Source of the DNA: Candidatus Krumholzibacteriia bacterium
GTDB taxonomy: Bacteria > Krumholzibacteriota > Krumholzibacteriia > JAJRXK01
Assembly: GCA_041484665.1 (NCBI GenBank)
Contig: JBGPIA010000025.1
Span: 1-50,892 of the forward strand
DNA length: 50,892 nucleotides
Direction: 5' to 3'
Part shown: piece by piece, positions 48,852 to 50,892 of the stretch
Position numbering within the stretch: position 1 is the stretch's first letter
How the letters are laid out: each line of letters begins with the position of its first letter
Notes under the pieces: generated by a model
Databases searched by the model: none
What the model was told of the DNA's origin: nothing
The model's input: the letters and a program-made list of their open reading frames with translations, nothing else
Made by a program: the position numbers and the translations under genes

Positions 48852-49754
48852 TCATCTCACCAACGCCACGCGCTGGGTCCAGGTCTGCCCCAATGCCTCC
48901 ATCCGCACCAAGTATACGCCACTTGCAACGGGCCTTCCCGCCTGGTCAGTTCCGAGCCAGGTCACCTCGTGCGATCCCTGGGGCCATGGACCGCTGGTCA
49001 GCCTCTGCACCCGGTGGCCCCGGAGGTCGTAGACCACGATGTCAACCGCGCCCTGCAGGGCCAGCTCAAAGCGAATCTCCGTGCGTGGGTTGAACGGATT
49101 GGGCCGGGGCGCCAGCAAGTGGGTTACCAGCACTGGAGCCGGCTTCTCGGGCTCGACGACGGCAATACCGCCCCCGCTTCCAGAACGCACGAGCGACGAC
49201 AGCGCCGTCGCAAACCCGGTGCGTGCCTGGAAGACTGGTTCGACCGCCAGCCGGTACGCCGGATGCACAGGCAGCCATTCCAGCCCGTCCGCACTGACGA
49301 AAGCCCGCGGGCCCGCCTTCTGCCGGACGAACCCGATCCCAGGCCCTCCCGCCGTCCCCTCCCCCACCCGCTCAGCGTTCGGCGGCAGAACGAATACGGC
49401 GAATACCGCCCCCGTCGAGCTGATCACCGGTGCCCCCAGCGCGATGTCGCCCCAGGACAGCGACTGGGCTGAGACGTCCGCCAGCACAACGCCGGCATCC
49501 TGCAGGTTCGGGGAGGCCGCGGCGGACGCCTCCAGCAGCAGGAGCTGGGGGAACGCCCGCGTGCCATCGTTGTTGTAGAAGCGAAGCCCCGTCAGCGCCT
49601 GGCCATCAGGGACCAGGATCTCCTGCGCGAGGCAGCTCCGCTCTCCAGCGGGATGCAATCCCACCACCCCATCGACCACGCTCTGGCAGAGGGCTGGGCC
49701 GCTCGAGAGAGCGATCAGAAGGCCGGCCGCCGTACAGATGCCTGTTCTCCTCAT
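48852..49754 (-). CDS. Secreted protein with C-terminal FlgD-Ig domain
   Basis: AAGGAGG RBS; signal peptide; PNPFNPRTEIRF..YDLRG..WLGTDQAGRPVASGVY..VALVR. Confidence 0.88.
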   Translation of the reverse strand: MRRTGICTAAGLLIALSSGPALCQSVVDGVVGLHPAGERSCLAQEILVPDGQALTGLRFYNNDGTRAFPQLLLLEASAAASPNLQDAGVVLADVSAQSLSWGDIALGAPVISSTGAVFAVFVLPPNAERVGEGTAGGPGIGFVRQKAGPRAFVSADGLEWLPVHPAYRLAVEPVFQARTGFATALSSLVRSGSGGGIAVVEPEKPAPVLVTHLLAPRPNPFNPRTEIRFELALQGAVDIVVYDLRGHRVQRLTSGPWPQGSHEVTWLGTDQAGRPVASGVYLVRMEALGQTWTQRVALVR

Positions 49755-49773
49755 GACGATCCCTCCTTCCTGG

Positions 49774-50892
49774 CTACTGAATGCACACTGGCATGTTAAA
49801 GGTGCGCGTGGTGCTCGTCTCCGTCGTGGAGCCGGAGCTGACTTGGACGTACCAGCGATTCTTGCAAGGTGCGATGCACGGCTGACCGCTCCATCGCAGC
49901 GTGTGCACGTATCCTCCCCCCGGTTTTGGTACGACCGTGTAGGCCACTCCGGGCGTGGTGGGCGTCAACGTGGTCGGAGAGATGCAAGCCGTGCCGCTGA
50001 GCGGGTTGAGGATCACGACCTTGTCCCGCGTGATGTCACTGCCGTAGCTCTGCTCCCAGTGCCACTCGTAGTCCACGAGCTGTGACGGTTGCCCATACGG
50101 GATCAGTGCTGCCGTGGCATCGAGCAGGCCAGGGCCGTGGCTGTTCTTGAAGAAGAATTCCGGATTGACCGTGTCGTTCTGAATCCGAGGCGGCTCCACG
50201 TACCCGTCGGGCCAGAACAGCGTGATCTTCACGTCTCCTGCGTACTGGCCCACGCCGAAGGTCACGGTGCTGGCGTAGGCGTCCCCTTGATAGCTGATGG
50301 AACCGCGCGTACTCTCACCGGTGAACAGCTGCTCCTGCTTCAGCGTTGGCGTGGTTGGTGGCGCTTCGAGCAGCACTCGTGCACCCAGCCCCATGCGGTT
50401 GTTGCCGGAGCCGGGCGCTGTCACGCTAACGCGCACCGATCGGTTTACGGGGCCGTCCAAACCGTTGTCTGCTCGGTTCTGGAAGAAGTAATGACTTCCG
50501 GACGATGGATGCCCCACATAGAGGTCGAGGTCACCGTCGTAAGCCCCCGTCCCACCGAAGTCGGCCGCCACCGCAGAGAAGGCCGACGAGGGGTCGGTCT
50601 GTGACAGCCCAACCGACGTCGTGATGTCGGTGAAGTACGGAGGAGGCCCTCCGAACGCATTGCGCAGCAGCAGCGGGGCACTGTTGGTCTGAGCCGCAAC
50701 CGACAGGATGTCGGGTTTCCCATCGAGATTCTGGTCGAAGACGACCACTCCACCCCACTGTTGCATAAAGTGCGCTTGAGTTTGTGATGTCACGCGGCGA
50801 TGGCACCTTCCAGGAGGTGCTCGAAGTGGCCCTGGACGGTCCCGTTTGCGCTCATCGTGAGGACTGCCGTACCGCTGTTGTTGGTGAGCCGA
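49774..50892 (-). CDS. FG-GAP/ASPIC-UnbV-like protein, 5'-partial, with a frame anomaly at ~50794-50816
   Basis: DQNLDGKPDI, DGDLDLYVG, NNRMGLGARV, FGVG..FWPDG. Confidence 0.75.
   Translation of the reverse strand, partial: SAHQQQRYGSPHDERKRDRPGPLRAPPGRCHRRVTSQTQAHFMQQWGGVVVFDQNLDGKPDILSVAAQTNSAPLLLRNAFGGPPPYFTDITTSVGLSQTDPSSAFSAVAADFGGTGAYDGDLDLYVGHPSSGSHYFFQNRADNGLDGPVNRSVRVSVTAPGSGNNRMGLGARVLLEAPPTTPTLKQEQLFTGESTRGSISYQGDAYASTVTFGVGQYAGDVKITLFWPDGYVEPPRIQNDTVNPEFFFKNSHGPGLLDATAALIPYGQPSQLVDYEWHWEQSYGSDITRDKVVILNPLSGTACISPTTLTPTTPGVAYTVVPKPGGGYVHTLRWSGQPCIAPCKNRWYVQVSSGSTTETSTTRTFNMPVCIQ

Overview
High-GC bacterial DNA, probably from an FCB-group candidate lineage such as Krumholzibacteria, Eisenbacteria or Latescibacteria. 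That placement is inferred from FlgD-Ig C-terminal domains and '[ST]-W-G-x-L-K' tails and is unverified. The first ~30.7 kb is mostly intact core-like genes: DUF1761, GT4, a large BNR/VPS10 beta-propeller protein, a DUF2723 membrane protein, GIY-YIG, Nudix, a metal-uptake operon (CxxC/RAPP leader ORF, outer-membrane barrel, SBP, permease, no ATPase), LemA-HtpX, a fused 2-oxoacid dehydrogenase E1, PilT plus an MshEN multidomain protein, and Rrf2-NmrA. From ~30.7 kb to the end is a decaying accessory region. It holds IS256, IS3 and IS481-like remnants, gene fragments, a radical SAM gene and a cluster of secreted proteins (five paralogous beta-helix genes, two FG-GAP/ASPIC proteins, two FlgD-Ig-tailed proteins). 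Three observations stand out. (1) Five secreted proteins from two unrelated families share an exactly spaced C-terminal tag, VP-x4-[ST]-[WIVF]-G-x-[LV]-K-x-x-[FY], a candidate uncharacterised sorting signal. (2) Two gapless ~300-bp non-coding repeats lie 8262 bp apart, each with a tRNA 3'-end fragment and hairpins, and look like att junctions bracketing a cassette. (3) A CruR-like CxxC/RAPP upstream ORF precedes an ATPase-less metal importer. All calls come from reading the sequence; no searches were run.
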